From IMG/VR virus record IMGVR_UViG_3300043788_000078, positions 7,382 to 71,381 of that record: a stretch of 64,000 nt of DNA; one strand, 5' to 3'. A program made the translations under genes and the position numbers. The DNA is from a virus. The notes under the pieces were generated by a model. The model was given only the letters and a program-made list of their open reading frames with translations. It made no database searches and was not told where the DNA came from. Every line of letters starts with the position of its first letter. The stretch's first letter is position 1. Positions 8,023-18,600 of the stretch are shown piece after piece.

Positions 8023-10178
8023 GGCCCGCTCCTCGTGAACTTGCTGCCGTAACCGCTGACGGTCTGGCTGGTAACTGATGCACTCCACGTGCTGCTGATT
8101 GTAATCGTGTTGGATGCCGAGGAGTTGAACGCCTGGCCGGCGTTAACCCCGGAGAGGTACGAGGCGTTGCTGTTCGAGCCCGATGACCTCGTACCCGATA
8201 TCCCGATGCCGCCGTTCAGGAAGAAATTGGCGGTTCCGGACACGCCGAGCGTGACCACGGCCAGCTTCCCGGTGACTGTCCCGTTGAAGTTCGTTGACGC
8301 AGGGAAGAATGCGCCGCCGACGACCGCGTTGGCCAGGAGGCTTCCCCCTCCTGCCCCGTTGACGCTGATGCCGAACGTAAGGGTCGCCGTGCCTGCCGAT
8401 TCCCACAGTCCCGAGTACGGTACCTCTATCTCGTATATGGTCCCTGCCTGTGCGTTCCCGGCCGGGATCGTCCAGGTGGCGCTGACTACCATCGTGCCGC
8501 CGTTGGCGTTGGTGTGCGTGGCCGTGTCCGTCTGCACGACGGGGTAGTTCCCGGTCATCCCGGTGGAATGTGCCGCCTGCACCTGCCCGTACGTGCCGCC
8601 GGTTAGCGTGGTCGCGCCGCTGGTCCCCCCGTAGACCGTGTACCCGGCGCTCACCGGCTGCCCGAGCAGCGGGTCCGTGGTCGCGTACGGGCAGTCGGAG
8701 GAGATCAGCTCGAAGACGTACGTGGTGACGATGCCCTGGCCCTGCGCTCCGGCCCCGCCGCTGGTCCCGATGCCGGAGAATCCCTCGCCGCCGCCGCCGC
8801 CGGCCCCGTATATGCTCCCGGCGGCCCCGTTCCCGCCGCCGCTGGCCCCGGTGCCGCCCTGCCCGCCCCCTGCCGTCCCGCCGGCCCCGCCGGCTCCCGC
8901 TACCGTGCTGCTGGGCAGGCCGCCGTTCGCGCCGTTGCTGGTGCTGCCCGCTCCTCCTCCTCCTCCTCCGCCGTTCGGGGTAGACGAACTTCCGCCGCTT
9001 CCGCCGGCAAACGAGATCGTGTTGGAGCTGGCCGCGCCGCCCTGCCCGTCTGAGCCGGTACCCGAGTTGCCGCCGCTGAACCCCTCATTGCCCCCGTACG
9101 CGATCACGAATGTCTCGGCTCCCAGGGCGAACGTGGCATTCTGCCCGGATGTCCCCGGCGTGCCGCCGCCGGTGCCGGGTGCCCCTCCCGCGCCGCCGGG
9201 CGGTACGACAACCTGGTACGTGGTGCTCCCGGTAATTGCCAGGGCGGGCTCCTCGGCGTACCCGCCTGCCCCGCCGCCGTTCGCCCCGCCGTCTGAGTTG
9301 TTCGTCCAGCCGCCTCCGCCTCCCGCGCCGGACGCGTACATCTGGACGCGGGCCACGGTCGCTGCCGGGGGCGATGTCCAGTTATTGCTCCCGGTCGAAG
9401 TGAATACCGACACGGTCGGGGTGACCGAGTACTTGTACACCCCGTCCCCGGTATTACGGAGGATGACCTGGCCGCCCTGGATCTGCCCGTCGTAGATCGT
9501 GGACGCGGACAGGGTGGACGTGCCGATGCTGACGGCGCTTATCGCCTGGCCGTCCAGTGCGCCGAACTGGATCAGGTCGGCAGTGATCGAGCCTAGCTCG
9601 ATCGCCGACCCGGGCAGTCCGCCGGCCGGGATGGTGGCCGCCGTGGCGACCGGGGTGGCCGTGGCGTACGCGCTCGGGGCGCTGGAGTTTCCCGACTCGT
9701 TGACCGCGACCAGGGCGAAGTAGTACTCGATGCCGGCCGTCAGGTTGCCGATGACGGCGATGCCGGTCTTGGCCAGCGTGGTCTGGAGGGTGGCGCTGCT
9801 GGGCGTGAAGCCCGCCTCGGCCGAGCAGTGAACCTCGGTGTCGGAGAAGTCCGACAGCGGGAAGCTGCCGTCCGCCATGGTGCCGTCCCAGTACACCCAT
9901 GCGGACAGGGCGCTCGCTCCTGCCAGGGGCGCGGACGGGGCCACGGGGACGGTGCTGACCGATGACGTCACGGTGTACGTGCCGTCTCCCTGGATGCCCA
10001 CCACCAGTGCCGGGGACCCCGTGGCGTCATTGACGGTGAGGGTCCCGTTCTCGATGGACGTGTTGCCCATCTGCGAGGTGCGCTGGGCACGCTGGATCGC
10101 GGTGATCTGCGTCTGGAGGGTGACCAGCTGCCTTTGCAGCTGAGCCATCGCCGGGCCGACGGACGGGGATACCGCCAT
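8019..10178 (-). CDS. Tail fibre/minor tail protein with FN3-like and glycine-rich domains
   Basis: N-terminal coiled coil, YYFALVAVN.SGN.SAPS FN3-like motif, Gly-rich region. ATG 10178 overlaps the upstream stop. Confidence 0.75.
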   Translation of the reverse strand: MAVSPSVGPAMAQLQRQLVTLQTQITAIQRAQRTSQMGNTSIENGTLTVNDATGSPALVVGIQGDGTYTVTSSVSTVPVAPSAPLAGASALSAWVYWDGTMADGSFPLSDFSDTEVHCSAEAGFTPSSATLQTTLAKTGIAVIGNLTAGIEYYFALVAVNESGNSSAPSAYATATPVATAATIPAGGLPGSAIELGSITADLIQFGALDGQAISAVSIGTSTLSASTIYDGQIQGGQVILRNTGDGVYKYSVTPTVSVFTSTGSNNWTSPPAATVARVQMYASGAGGGGGWTNNSDGGANGGGAGGYAEEPALAITGSTTYQVVVPPGGAGGAPGTGGGTPGTSGQNATFALGAETFVIAYGGNEGFSGGNSGTGSDGQGGAASSNTISFAGGSGGSSSTPNGGGGGGGAGSTSNGANGGLPSSTVAGAGGAGGTAGGGQGGTGASGGGNGAAGSIYGAGGGGGEGFSGIGTSGGAGAQGQGIVTTYVFELISSDCPYATTDPLLGQPVSAGYTVYGGTSGATTLTGGTYGQVQAAHSTGMTGNYPVVQTDTATHTNANGGTMVVSATWTIPAGNAQAGTIYEIEVPYSGLWESAGTATLTFGISVNGAGGGSLLANAVVGGAFFPASTNFNGTVTGKLAVVTLGVSGTANFFLNGGIGISGTRSSGSNSNASYLSGVNAGQAFNSSASNTITISSTWSASVTSQTVSGYGSKFTRSGP
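9055..9107 (-). repeat. 53-bp segment identical to 63806-63858 in inverted orientation
   Basis: The reverse complement equals GTGATCGCGTACGGGGGCAATGAGGGGTTCAGCGGCGGCAACTCGGGTACCGG. Confidence 0.9.
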
Positions 10179-13078
10179 TACAGTGTCCCCGCCTCTCCCG
10201 ATTCGGCCATGTAGGAGTAGGAGTCCGAGCGTGCCAGGGTGAGCGTGGCGATGTCCGTGGTCGGGTCCTGGGCGATCGACACGACGCGGCACCAGATTAC
10301 GGTGTTCCGCCACCCGGTGCACATGGTGACGGGGATGTCGTCACCGCACATGAAGGAGCCGAACGGGGCGTTCGCGTGGTTCTTGACGGTGACCTGCTGC
10401 GGCGCGTCGATGTTCTGCACCGACGCCAGGAACTTGGCGGCCTTGGACTGGAGACGTGCCTGGGTGAGTACCGTCTGGTCCGTGTAGACCTGGGTCCTGC
10501 TCAGCCGCTGCCCGGACAGTGCCGAGGCGCTCGCGCGCAGCTCGGCGCTGCCCGACCCCGCGCCGAGCGCGATGATGTTGTCCGCGAACGTCGACCCGTC
10601 GTCCACCACCTGGACGGGCTGGATGATGTTCTCGCCCTCGGCGAACCGCAGGTCTGAGCGCCGGGTGCCGATGCGCGGCACGCCGAAGTGCAGGTAGTGC
10701 TCTACGTCGGTCTTAGCGGCGTTGCTCCATACGTGCTGCTCGTGCCAGTCGAACGGGATCTCCTGCTGGATAGACTGGATCTCCTGCCCGCAGTCGGTTG
10801 TGTTGTACCAGAGCAGCTGGAACGGGGTGGGCGCGAGGACTATCTGCTCCCCGGCCGCGTGCGCCTCGTTCAGCCCGGAGGACAGGATAAGCTCACCGGT
10901 CGGCGTGCCCGCGCTGTTCGTCGGCACGGAGCTTACCGTGTACGGCACGGTGCCGATCAGGATCACCTGGCCGGTCGCGAACCCGGCCGCGTCCCAGACG
11001 TAGATGGCGGCAGCACCGCTCGCCGCCGCCCTGGCCAGGGTTGTCCAGGTCTGCACCTGGAGTACGTCCTCCCCGGCGTTGTGCGTCTCGTTCAGGTTGG
11101 TGCCGAGGTTAAGCTCCCCGGTAGCCGTGCCGGAGGAGTTGGTCATCACCGTCTTGATCGTGTAGGCGATCCCGTTGACCGTGATCCGCATGCCGTTCGA
11201 CAGCGACGCGGCATTCCACACCCATATGTACGGCTGGCCGGACGCGGCACTGCGCGCGAGCTGCGTGGATGCCAGGCTGGTCAGGCCGGCCCCGACGTCG
11301 GCCCCGGCCTTGGCCGTGTCGAGCTGGAGCCCGAGGTGCGTCTCGACGCTGGCCTGTATCCAGCCCCAGATGAAGCGCACCGCGTCCAGGGCATCCAGGT
11401 TGTACGCGGTGTAGTTCGCGCCGGTGTACGGCGTGCCCGACGGGTACCCGGCCCAGCCGGTCGCGGTGAGCGTCCACTGCGGTCCGTTGAACTGGCTCTC
11501 GGTGACGATCCCGCCGAAGTTGATGGTGTCGTTCTCCTCCAGGTAGACCGCGTCGCGCCAGGAGCGCACGAACGGGTTCCCGGTGGAGTCGAGCATGTCC
11601 GCGCGCGGCGGGCTCAGCGTGCACTGGAACGTGTCCGGGTTGTTGAGGTTCCAGGTGATGGTGGGGGACGTGATCCCCTGCACGTCCCGGTGGTACCACT
11701 GCTTGGTTATGAGGTTCTGGATGTGCATGCGCGGCATCTGCGACTTGATGAACGCGGGACTCGCGATGGGGGCGGTCAGCGGCTGCTGGGCGGTCACCAG
11801 GATGGAGGTGGCCTCGAATACGTCGTCGGCTACCGCGCTGCTAACGTGCGGGATGAAGGACAGGGCGGAAGACGGGACGGACGTCCCGCCGGGAACCGCG
11901 TACGGGACCTGCACCCACAGGCCGGGCGGCACGCTGATCGTCACCGACGACGTAGAGAGGAACGTCGCGCCGTCATACCAGTCGAAGCACATCTGTATGC
12001 TGCCCGAGGTGCTCTTGACCCACGCCGTGATCAGGTACCCTATGCCACTGGCCAGCGGGGACGCGGCGGTCGCGTAGATGCCGCCGGGCACCGTCCCGTT
12101 GTTCGCGTACTGGGCGGCGTACGCCTGGCCGGGCAGGCTGCCGGCCTGCGCGTTGGCCGGCGTCCAGTCCATCAGGATGACGCCCCAGGATCCGGTGCCC
12201 ATGCCCGTGGCCGCGTATCCCGTGAGACCGTCCGTGGCCGCAGTCTGCCAGGCCACGTTCTTGCTGTACCCGCCGCCGCTGGTGGACGTCACCGATGCCC
12301 AGCCGGCAGGGGTGGCACCGCTCGCGGCCGGGCTGAATGACACGGCCAGGAGAGTATCCCCGGCGGCCTCGGGGGTAATCCATGCCGAGGCCGTAGACCC
12401 GTTCCCGCTGCTGGCGACGGCTGCCTGGGCCAGGCGGCCGAGATAGCCCGTCGCGCCCCATGCCGATGACGCGAAGCTGCCGTTCGCGCTCGATGTTACC
12501 GTGACGTAGTCCGCCGCGCCCATCGCCTGGCAGTTGTAGGCCGCGAACAGGTACTCGAACATGGTCCCGGCCTGGTTGGGGGCCACGGCCACCAGGCTGT
12601 AGGAGTTGCCCGCCGTGTCCTTCACGCCGGTAATGCTCTTGGTCGCGGACGATACCTGGACGAGCGCGGTGTCTCCTTGCAGGATCACCTCGGCCCCGTT
12701 GTTGGCGGGGATGGTCCAGCTGGTCCCGCTCCCGGGATCGGCGTACCCGAACTGGTAGAACGCGCCGGGCGGCGTGATCGCCTGGCTCGTGATAGTGCCG
12801 TTCTTCGCCTGCCAGCCTGTCAGGCTCCCTCCGGCCATGTACGGGTTGGCATTGAGCACCTGGAGCCCTGCCTGCCCCGGCACCTGCGGGATCAGGTACT
12901 TGACCACTGCCAGGCGGTCGGCTGCCGCCGCGTTCTCCGCCAGGGCCGCAGGGATCGTCACCCCTACGGTCAGCGCGTCCGTGGCCCCGGCGGTCTCGGC
13001 TGCCGACTGCGTGAGGGTGGGCGTGACGGAGAGGGAGTCAGTCTCCCCGGCCGCGTCGGGGAAGTGCGGAGTGGTCAC
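10178..13078 (-). CDS. Large minor tail/baseplate hub protein
   Basis: 966 aa. N-terminal carbohydrate-binding-like region. C-terminal hub-like segment (GTRRSDLRFAEGENI, ALGAGSG, GDDIPV, RVVSI). Confidence 0.7.
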   Translation of the reverse strand: MTTPHFPDAAGETDSLSVTPTLTQSAAETAGATDALTVGVTIPAALAENAAAADRLAVVKYLIPQVPGQAGLQVLNANPYMAGGSLTGWQAKNGTITSQAITPPGAFYQFGYADPGSGTSWTIPANNGAEVILQGDTALVQVSSATKSITGVKDTAGNSYSLVAVAPNQAGTMFEYLFAAYNCQAMGAADYVTVTSSANGSFASSAWGATGYLGRLAQAAVASSGNGSTASAWITPEAAGDTLLAVSFSPAASGATPAGWASVTSTSGGGYSKNVAWQTAATDGLTGYAATGMGTGSWGVILMDWTPANAQAGSLPGQAYAAQYANNGTVPGGIYATAASPLASGIGYLITAWVKSTSGSIQMCFDWYDGATFLSTSSVTISVPPGLWVQVPYAVPGGTSVPSSALSFIPHVSSAVADDVFEATSILVTAQQPLTAPIASPAFIKSQMPRMHIQNLITKQWYHRDVQGITSPTITWNLNNPDTFQCTLSPPRADMLDSTGNPFVRSWRDAVYLEENDTINFGGIVTESQFNGPQWTLTATGWAGYPSGTPYTGANYTAYNLDALDAVRFIWGWIQASVETHLGLQLDTAKAGADVGAGLTSLASTQLARSAASGQPYIWVWNAASLSNGMRITVNGIAYTIKTVMTNSSGTATGELNLGTNLNETHNAGEDVLQVQTWTTLARAAASGAAAIYVWDAAGFATGQVILIGTVPYTVSSVPTNSAGTPTGELILSSGLNEAHAAGEQIVLAPTPFQLLWYNTTDCGQEIQSIQQEIPFDWHEQHVWSNAAKTDVEHYLHFGVPRIGTRRSDLRFAEGENIIQPVQVVDDGSTFADNIIALGAGSGSAELRASASALSGQRLSRTQVYTDQTVLTQARLQSKAAKFLASVQNIDAPQQVTVKNHANAPFGSFMCGDDIPVTMCTGWRNTVIWCRVVSIAQDPTTDIATLTLARSDSYSYMAESGEAGTL

Positions 13079-13081
13079 CGG

Positions 13082-13732
13082 CTACCCCACGGTGCCGGAC
13101 CCGGTGGGCACCCCGAATGTCATGATCTCGGTCGCGGCCCAGATCTGGCCTGACAGCTTGGTCCCCTGCGCCGATATCCCGTGGTTGACGAAAATGACGT
13201 TCGAGAGCGATTGCGTGGTCGCGCCGCTCGCGCTGTAGTTGTCCGTCCCGAACTCGTTCCACGCGAAGTTGGCGACGCCCGTCCCGAAGGACGCGGTGAA
13301 TGTCAGGGTGGGCGGCGTGGACGCGGTGGCGATAGCGGGAGCGGCCCCGCACAGCATGTAGTAGCTGGTGGTGCTGCCGGACCCGGTGTCGCCGCCCAGC
13401 TTGGTGTCCGAGTAGGCCGCCGCCGTGGAGACGGTGCCCACGCCGATGCGCCCGTACGTAGCGGAGAACTTGTTGGTGACCGACGTGCCCGCGATGCCGC
13501 CGAGCAGGGCGACCCATCCGGCCTGCACGAGCATGTTGCAGTTGACGTCGTGGGTCACTTTGTACGGCGCGACGCCGTGCCGGGCGAAGTCCCCCGGGGA
13601 CAGCGTGACGTTGTCCTGCTGATGCCAGCGCCCGGGGATCCCCATCCGGCCCAGGGTCCAGTCGACCTGGTCGGCGTCCCAGCGTTCCACGTGAAACGTG
13701 GTCTGGACCGCCATGACGTCGTGATTCTCCAT
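13082..13732 (-). CDS. Virion structural protein (tail region)
   Basis: RIGVGT...FGTGVANFAWNEFG...GTK pattern resembling tail-collar/fibre base proteins. Confidence 0.6.
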   Translation of the reverse strand: MENHDVMAVQTTFHVERWDADQVDWTLGRMGIPGRWHQQDNVTLSPGDFARHGVAPYKVTHDVNCNMLVQAGWVALLGGIAGTSVTNKFSATYGRIGVGTVSTAAAYSDTKLGGDTGSGSTTSYYMLCGAAPAIATASTPPTLTFTASFGTGVANFAWNEFGTDNYSASGATTQSLSNVIFVNHGISAQGTKLSGQIWAATEIMTFGVPTGSGTVG

Positions 13733-13739
13733 GTCTCCC

Positions 13740-14723
13740 CTACGTCAGCGATGCGTTGCCCTGGAACTCCAGCAGCAGGGCCACCTGGCTGCCCTCGTCG
13801 ACCTGCTCGATGCCTGTCTGGGTGCCGTCGGTATTCTGCGCGAACTGGAGCGTCTGCGTGGTGCCGCGCAGGGACGGGCCTACCGACGCCTGCGCGAACC
13901 CGGAGACCGAGTGCCGCGACCCTATCGACGTTACCGACGTGCTGACCGAGGTAAGCGTAGCGGGGAACGAGAGATTGGGGGCAGTGACCGAGGACCCGAA
14001 CACGGGCCACAGGTCGCCGCGCGCCCAGTTGGTGCCCCCGCCCTGGAACAGCATGTCGTTGATCTGCCACATCATCACCGCCGTGGTAGCCCAGGAGGGC
14101 ACCTGGACGGAGAAAGACGCCCCGGGAGGCCAGGCGTGCGCCGTGGTGCTGACCGTCCACGACGTGGCCGTCCCCGGGCCGCCGGTGCCCATCGCCTGCA
14201 TCTGCCGCTGCGGCTGGCTGACCGTCCGCAGGTCATGGATGTAGGACTGGGCGACGGTGGACGTGGACGCGGGCATGTCGATGCGGGCCAGGGCTATGCA
14301 GGAGCCGGAGCCGGACGGCGGGGACGTGGAGCCCGCCGCCACCCCCTGGATGACACGGGGGTAGACAATCTGCCCGGACGCGGGGCCTGCCCACGGGCTG
14401 CCGCTCCACGTGGGGTCCTCCGCCCTCGCCACGACCATGTCCGAGCGCACGGACCCGCTGGTGGCCGCGATCGACAGGGACGTGTCGTTGCCGACGTTAT
14501 ACCCGTAGTAGCTGCCCTGGTAGCTGGTTTCCGTGCCCGCGATCACGACCGCGCCGGGGCCCACGATGATCCCTGACGTCGCCGGGCTGTTGGCCGACAC
14601 GATGCAGTCCAGGAACCCCACGACGCCGGAGCTGCCCATGGTCGCGGACTGGAGCATCAGGCGCAGGAAGTTGCCGTTCTCGCTGTTCCCATCTACGGCA
14701 TACGCTGCCGTCTGGAAGGTCAC
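13740..14723 (-). CDS. Minor tail protein
   Basis: Position after Dit. RSDMVVAR.EDP and IALARI...IHDLR motifs common in actinophage minor tail proteins. Confidence 0.7.
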   Translation of the reverse strand: MTFQTAAYAVDGNSENGNFLRLMLQSATMGSSGVVGFLDCIVSANSPATSGIIVGPGAVVIAGTETSYQGSYYGYNVGNDTSLSIAATSGSVRSDMVVARAEDPTWSGSPWAGPASGQIVYPRVIQGVAAGSTSPPSGSGSCIALARIDMPASTSTVAQSYIHDLRTVSQPQRQMQAMGTGGPGTATSWTVSTTAHAWPPGASFSVQVPSWATTAVMMWQINDMLFQGGGTNWARGDLWPVFGSSVTAPNLSFPATLTSVSTSVTSIGSRHSVSGFAQASVGPSLRGTTQTLQFAQNTDGTQTGIEQVDEGSQVALLLEFQGNASLT

Positions 14724-15647
14724 TTAGTAGCTCCCGCCTATGGACTGGGTGGCGTTCCGCCACGTGATGACGCACTGGGACTTGCCGGTGGGGTCCTGGC
14801 CCGTGTAGTGAACCAGGGTGGACCCTGTCTGGAGCTGCATGGCGATCAGCGCCGACCCGTTATAGCTCCCGGCCGCGCTGGTGCCGTTGAGCAGGACGGT
14901 ACGCGCCCACGGCCGGGTGTCTATCACCAGCGTGTCCGCCACGCCGAGCGATCCCGTGTACCCGGCGGACACCGGCGTGTTGACGAACGTCAGGCCAGGG
15001 TTGGTGACCGGCCCCTTGAACGTGAACACCGGCCAGGTGGGCAGGGAACCGCTGTTGACCAGGATGTTCTGCTGGTAGTTGTTGGTCGCGCTCAGCTGGT
15101 ACGGCGGGGTCAGGGGCGGGGTCAGGGTGCCGAAGAAGGAGGGGGCCAGGCCGAGCGTCAGCGTGTTCTGCGCGTCCTCGTACCAGGTGTTGTCCGCGCA
15201 CTGGAACGCGGCGGTGAACGGTACCAGGCCCTGGAACACAGACCCCATGGTGGGCATGATCTGCCTGCCCCGGCCGTAGGCCCGGCGGACCACGTTGCTG
15301 CCCGTGTACCAGGCGCGGAGCACCTGCACCACGCCGTCCGTCAGGCGGATGGTCGGGTCGTTCCAGATGCCCGCCAGGGCCGAGTACGCGTCCATGGCCG
15401 CGTCTCCCTGGCCGGGCTCGGTGTAGGCGATGCCGGTATACGTGATCACCATGCCCGGAAGCGTGTCGACGCCGAACACCAGGCCGTCATGCCCGACTAC
15501 CGGCTGGTCCTGGACGTTGATGGTGCCGGTGTCTATCGCCGTATTCTGCACGTACAGGCTGTTGGCACCGGACCCGAAGATGATGGCGTTCACGCCGCCG
15601 TCATGCCCGATGCTGTACTGCCCGCTCATGAGCGTGGGATCAGGCAT
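14724..15647 (-). CDS. Distal tail (Dit)-like protein
   Basis: Immediately after the tape measure. RRAYGRGR, N.GSLPTWP.F.FKGPVTNP, LVIDTRPWART. Confidence 0.75.
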   Translation of the reverse strand: MPDPTLMSGQYSIGHDGGVNAIIFGSGANSLYVQNTAIDTGTINVQDQPVVGHDGLVFGVDTLPGMVITYTGIAYTEPGQGDAAMDAYSALAGIWNDPTIRLTDGVVQVLRAWYTGSNVVRRAYGRGRQIMPTMGSVFQGLVPFTAAFQCADNTWYEDAQNTLTLGLAPSFFGTLTPPLTPPYQLSATNNYQQNILVNSGSLPTWPVFTFKGPVTNPGLTFVNTPVSAGYTGSLGVADTLVIDTRPWARTVLLNGTSAAGSYNGSALIAMQLQTGSTLVHYTGQDPTGKSQCVITWRNATQSIGGSY

Positions 15648-18600
15648 TGCTCGCGCTCCAGTACTGCCGCTGCCCCTCGATGCGCATCCGCCAGGCCATC
15701 GCCTGCATTGTCTGCGCCAGGGTAGCCCCTTCCGGCATGGTAATGCTGCCCACGTTGATCTGCTGGCCGGACGGGCCGCCGGACTGCCTGTTCGCGCCGA
15801 TCGCGGCCAGCCGCGACATGGGCGTTACTACCTCGGCCTCGCGTTCGGCCAGCGTGTATATCCTGCCGCTGTTGGTGCCGTACCCGATGACGGGCTCGGT
15901 GATCACCCCGCCGTTGGCGTACCCGACGTAATTGCCGGACAGCAGGCCGGGAATGGCGAACGGCGTGACGTAGGTGGCGGCGATGTACCGGATGGCCGCG
16001 ATCAGCTCCGCGACCGGGTTCCACAGTGACCCGCCCAGGCTGTACTGGGCGAACGTGGACGGCAGCATCTGCGCGACGCCCTCGGCGTGCTCGCCGTCCA
16101 CAGAGATCGGGTCAATTGCCCTCGGGTTCCCCCCGGATTCCTTGCCCACCAGGGTGAGAAGAGGGGACAGCCAGGTTAGCGGCTTGGCCGCGATCTTCAG
16201 CGCCTGCTGTATCCAGGAGGACACGGTGCCCGACGTGCCGCCCGGGATGGCAGCCCCCGCCCCGGCCGTGTTGCCGATGAGGTAGCTGACGATGTCCTTG
16301 ACGACCGTCTTGGGGTAGTCGGTCAGCACCTGGTCGAGCAGGCCCTTCGCCCCGGTGGCCGCGCCCTTGCTCGTCAGGCTGGCGAACGCGTTGTCCAGTG
16401 CCGTGGCGTTGCCCGTCGCGATCGCCGCCATGATGCGGGTGATGTCCCATCCCTTGGACAGGATGCCCGCGACCGGGTTCGACGCCGCCTGCCCGGGGGT
16501 GGTGGGGAACAGGCCGCCGCCGAGGTTCGCTCCCGGCAGGCCGCCCTTGGCGAACCCGGGCACCCCCATCATCTGGAACAGCCAGGCGTACTTCTTCGTC
16601 CTGTCCTTGTCGATCACGGCCTCGCCGCGCTCGATCAGCGCGGGCACCACGTCGCCGCCGCCGTATCCGGGGACCCTGCCGCCGGAGGACATGCGGGAGA
16701 TCTTGACCGGCTTGCCGAGCCCCACGGCGTTGGTGATGGCGTCGAACACGTTGGCCAGGGGAATGAACACGTTGTCGACGAGGGAGGCGACGGGCTGGCG
16801 GACGATGCTCTCGACCCTGGACCAGGTCTGCTTGATGTAGTTGACCGCAGTGTCGAACCAGCCGGGCAGCTGCTGTGTGAGCAGCTGCTCGAACGGGTCC
16901 CAGATATCCCTGACCACGAAATCCCACATGGCCGTCAGGCCGTTCTGGTACGGGTCGATGAAGTACCGTTCCAGGAAGCTGTACGCGTCGGAGAACCATC
17001 CTGGCATCAGCTGCGTGAACAGGCGCTCCATCGGCTGCCAGATGTCACTGTCCAGCAGGTGCCAGGCGTCCATCGTCGTGCCGTAGATAGCCGACCAGAT
17101 AGCGGACCAGTGCTGGTACAGCTCGATAGCCCCGAGGGCGATAACCCCGACCGGCCCGAGCAGGGGCAGAAGGTACTTCCCGAACCCGTTCCAGATGAAA
17201 TTCCAGGCGTCCTCGGCGGCGGACTTGATGAACCCCCATACCTGCCGCCAGTGGACGACCAGCTCGGCGGCTGCGGCTACCAGCAGCCCGATGCCGATTA
17301 TCACCAGCGTGAACGGGTCGGTGGCGTCCAGGATGCCCTGGATGATCGCCAGCAGCTTCATGGCCCCGACGATCGCGAGTATCCCTGTGACGATCCCGGC
17401 CAGGACCTTGGGCGGAATCGCGTTGATGATCTCGGCCAGCACGGTGGCCACGGCGGATATCGCGCTTACCAGGGCACCGGTGAAGATGCCCGCGAGGGTG
17501 ACCAGCAGCGGGAGCACGGCGGGCAGTATCTTGGCCAGGGTGCCCAGGACCGCCACCGCCAGCTTGGTCATCGGCGGGAGCAGCTGCGTGATGGCCTGCA
17601 CCAGGCCGCCCGCGATCACCGTCGACAGCTGGATGATGGCGTTCAGGATGGGGGGTATCACGGGCAGCAGCCCGCCGAGCAGCGCGTTTATCAGCACGCC
17701 CAGCGGCTTCACGAGATCCTCGATCACGTCGGCGAGGGTGTCGAAGACCGCGTAGTTCTCCATTACGTTGAAGACCTGCGCGAGCACCGCCGCGAACTTG
17801 TCAAGGCTGGGCGCGACGGACTTGAGCACCCCGACAAGGGCGACCAGGATGGAGACGACGTCGCCCAGGATGGTGTTGGCCAGTTCCGCCCCGATGGTGC
17901 CGATCAGTGACAGGAACGGCAGGAGGCTCTTGATCAGCCCGGCAAGCTGGCCGATGACCGGCGCGAGCATCTCCGCGAATACGTCGGCCAGCTTTGCCAC
18001 GTCGGGCAGCAGGGAGCCGATCACGGAGAACAGCGCGCCGAGCACGGTCATGGACGCCTTGACGGCCGGGGCCATGTCCCCGAACAGCGCCCCGATATCG
18101 CCGCCCAGCTGCCCCATGATGCCCTCGAACTGCTTCATCACGGGCACCACGGCAGCGGTGATGGAGACCAGGCCCGGGAAGAGACTGGAAACCAGCTTCT
18201 CCAGCGACTCGATGAACGGCCCGAACGCGGGAGCCGCCGCCTTCATCAGGTCGATGACCCCGGACAGGATGGGACGGAGGCCGTTGAACACGCCCATCAG
18301 CTGAGGCGCGACGGTCTTGAATATCCCGGCCAGGGGTGCCTGGAGGGTCTTGAGCAGGCCGGGAACCTGGGCGATGACGGCGGACAGCGCGGGCACGATG
18401 GGCCCGGCCGCTGCCTTGATCACCGCCTCGGCGTCGCCGCCGAGCGCGCTGAACTGCTTCTTGAGCTTAGGACTGGTGGCGACGACCCCGGCGATGGCCC
18501 CGCCGATCAGCGCGGTCCCCAGGCCCGCGCCGATCACGCCGCCGAGCGCGGGCAGGGCGGCCAGGGCAGTGCCGACCGCGCCGACGATCGCGGTGGCCTT

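Noticed and set aside
9055-9107. Diversity-generating retroelement (TR/VR pair) as explanation for the 53-bp duplication
   Set aside because: The copies are identical with no adenine-specific differences, the segment is mid-gene, and no reverse transcriptase is seen in the window.
15259-15269. ATCTGCCTGCC motif inside the Dit gene
   Set aside because: A single copy within coding sequence, compatible with chance.
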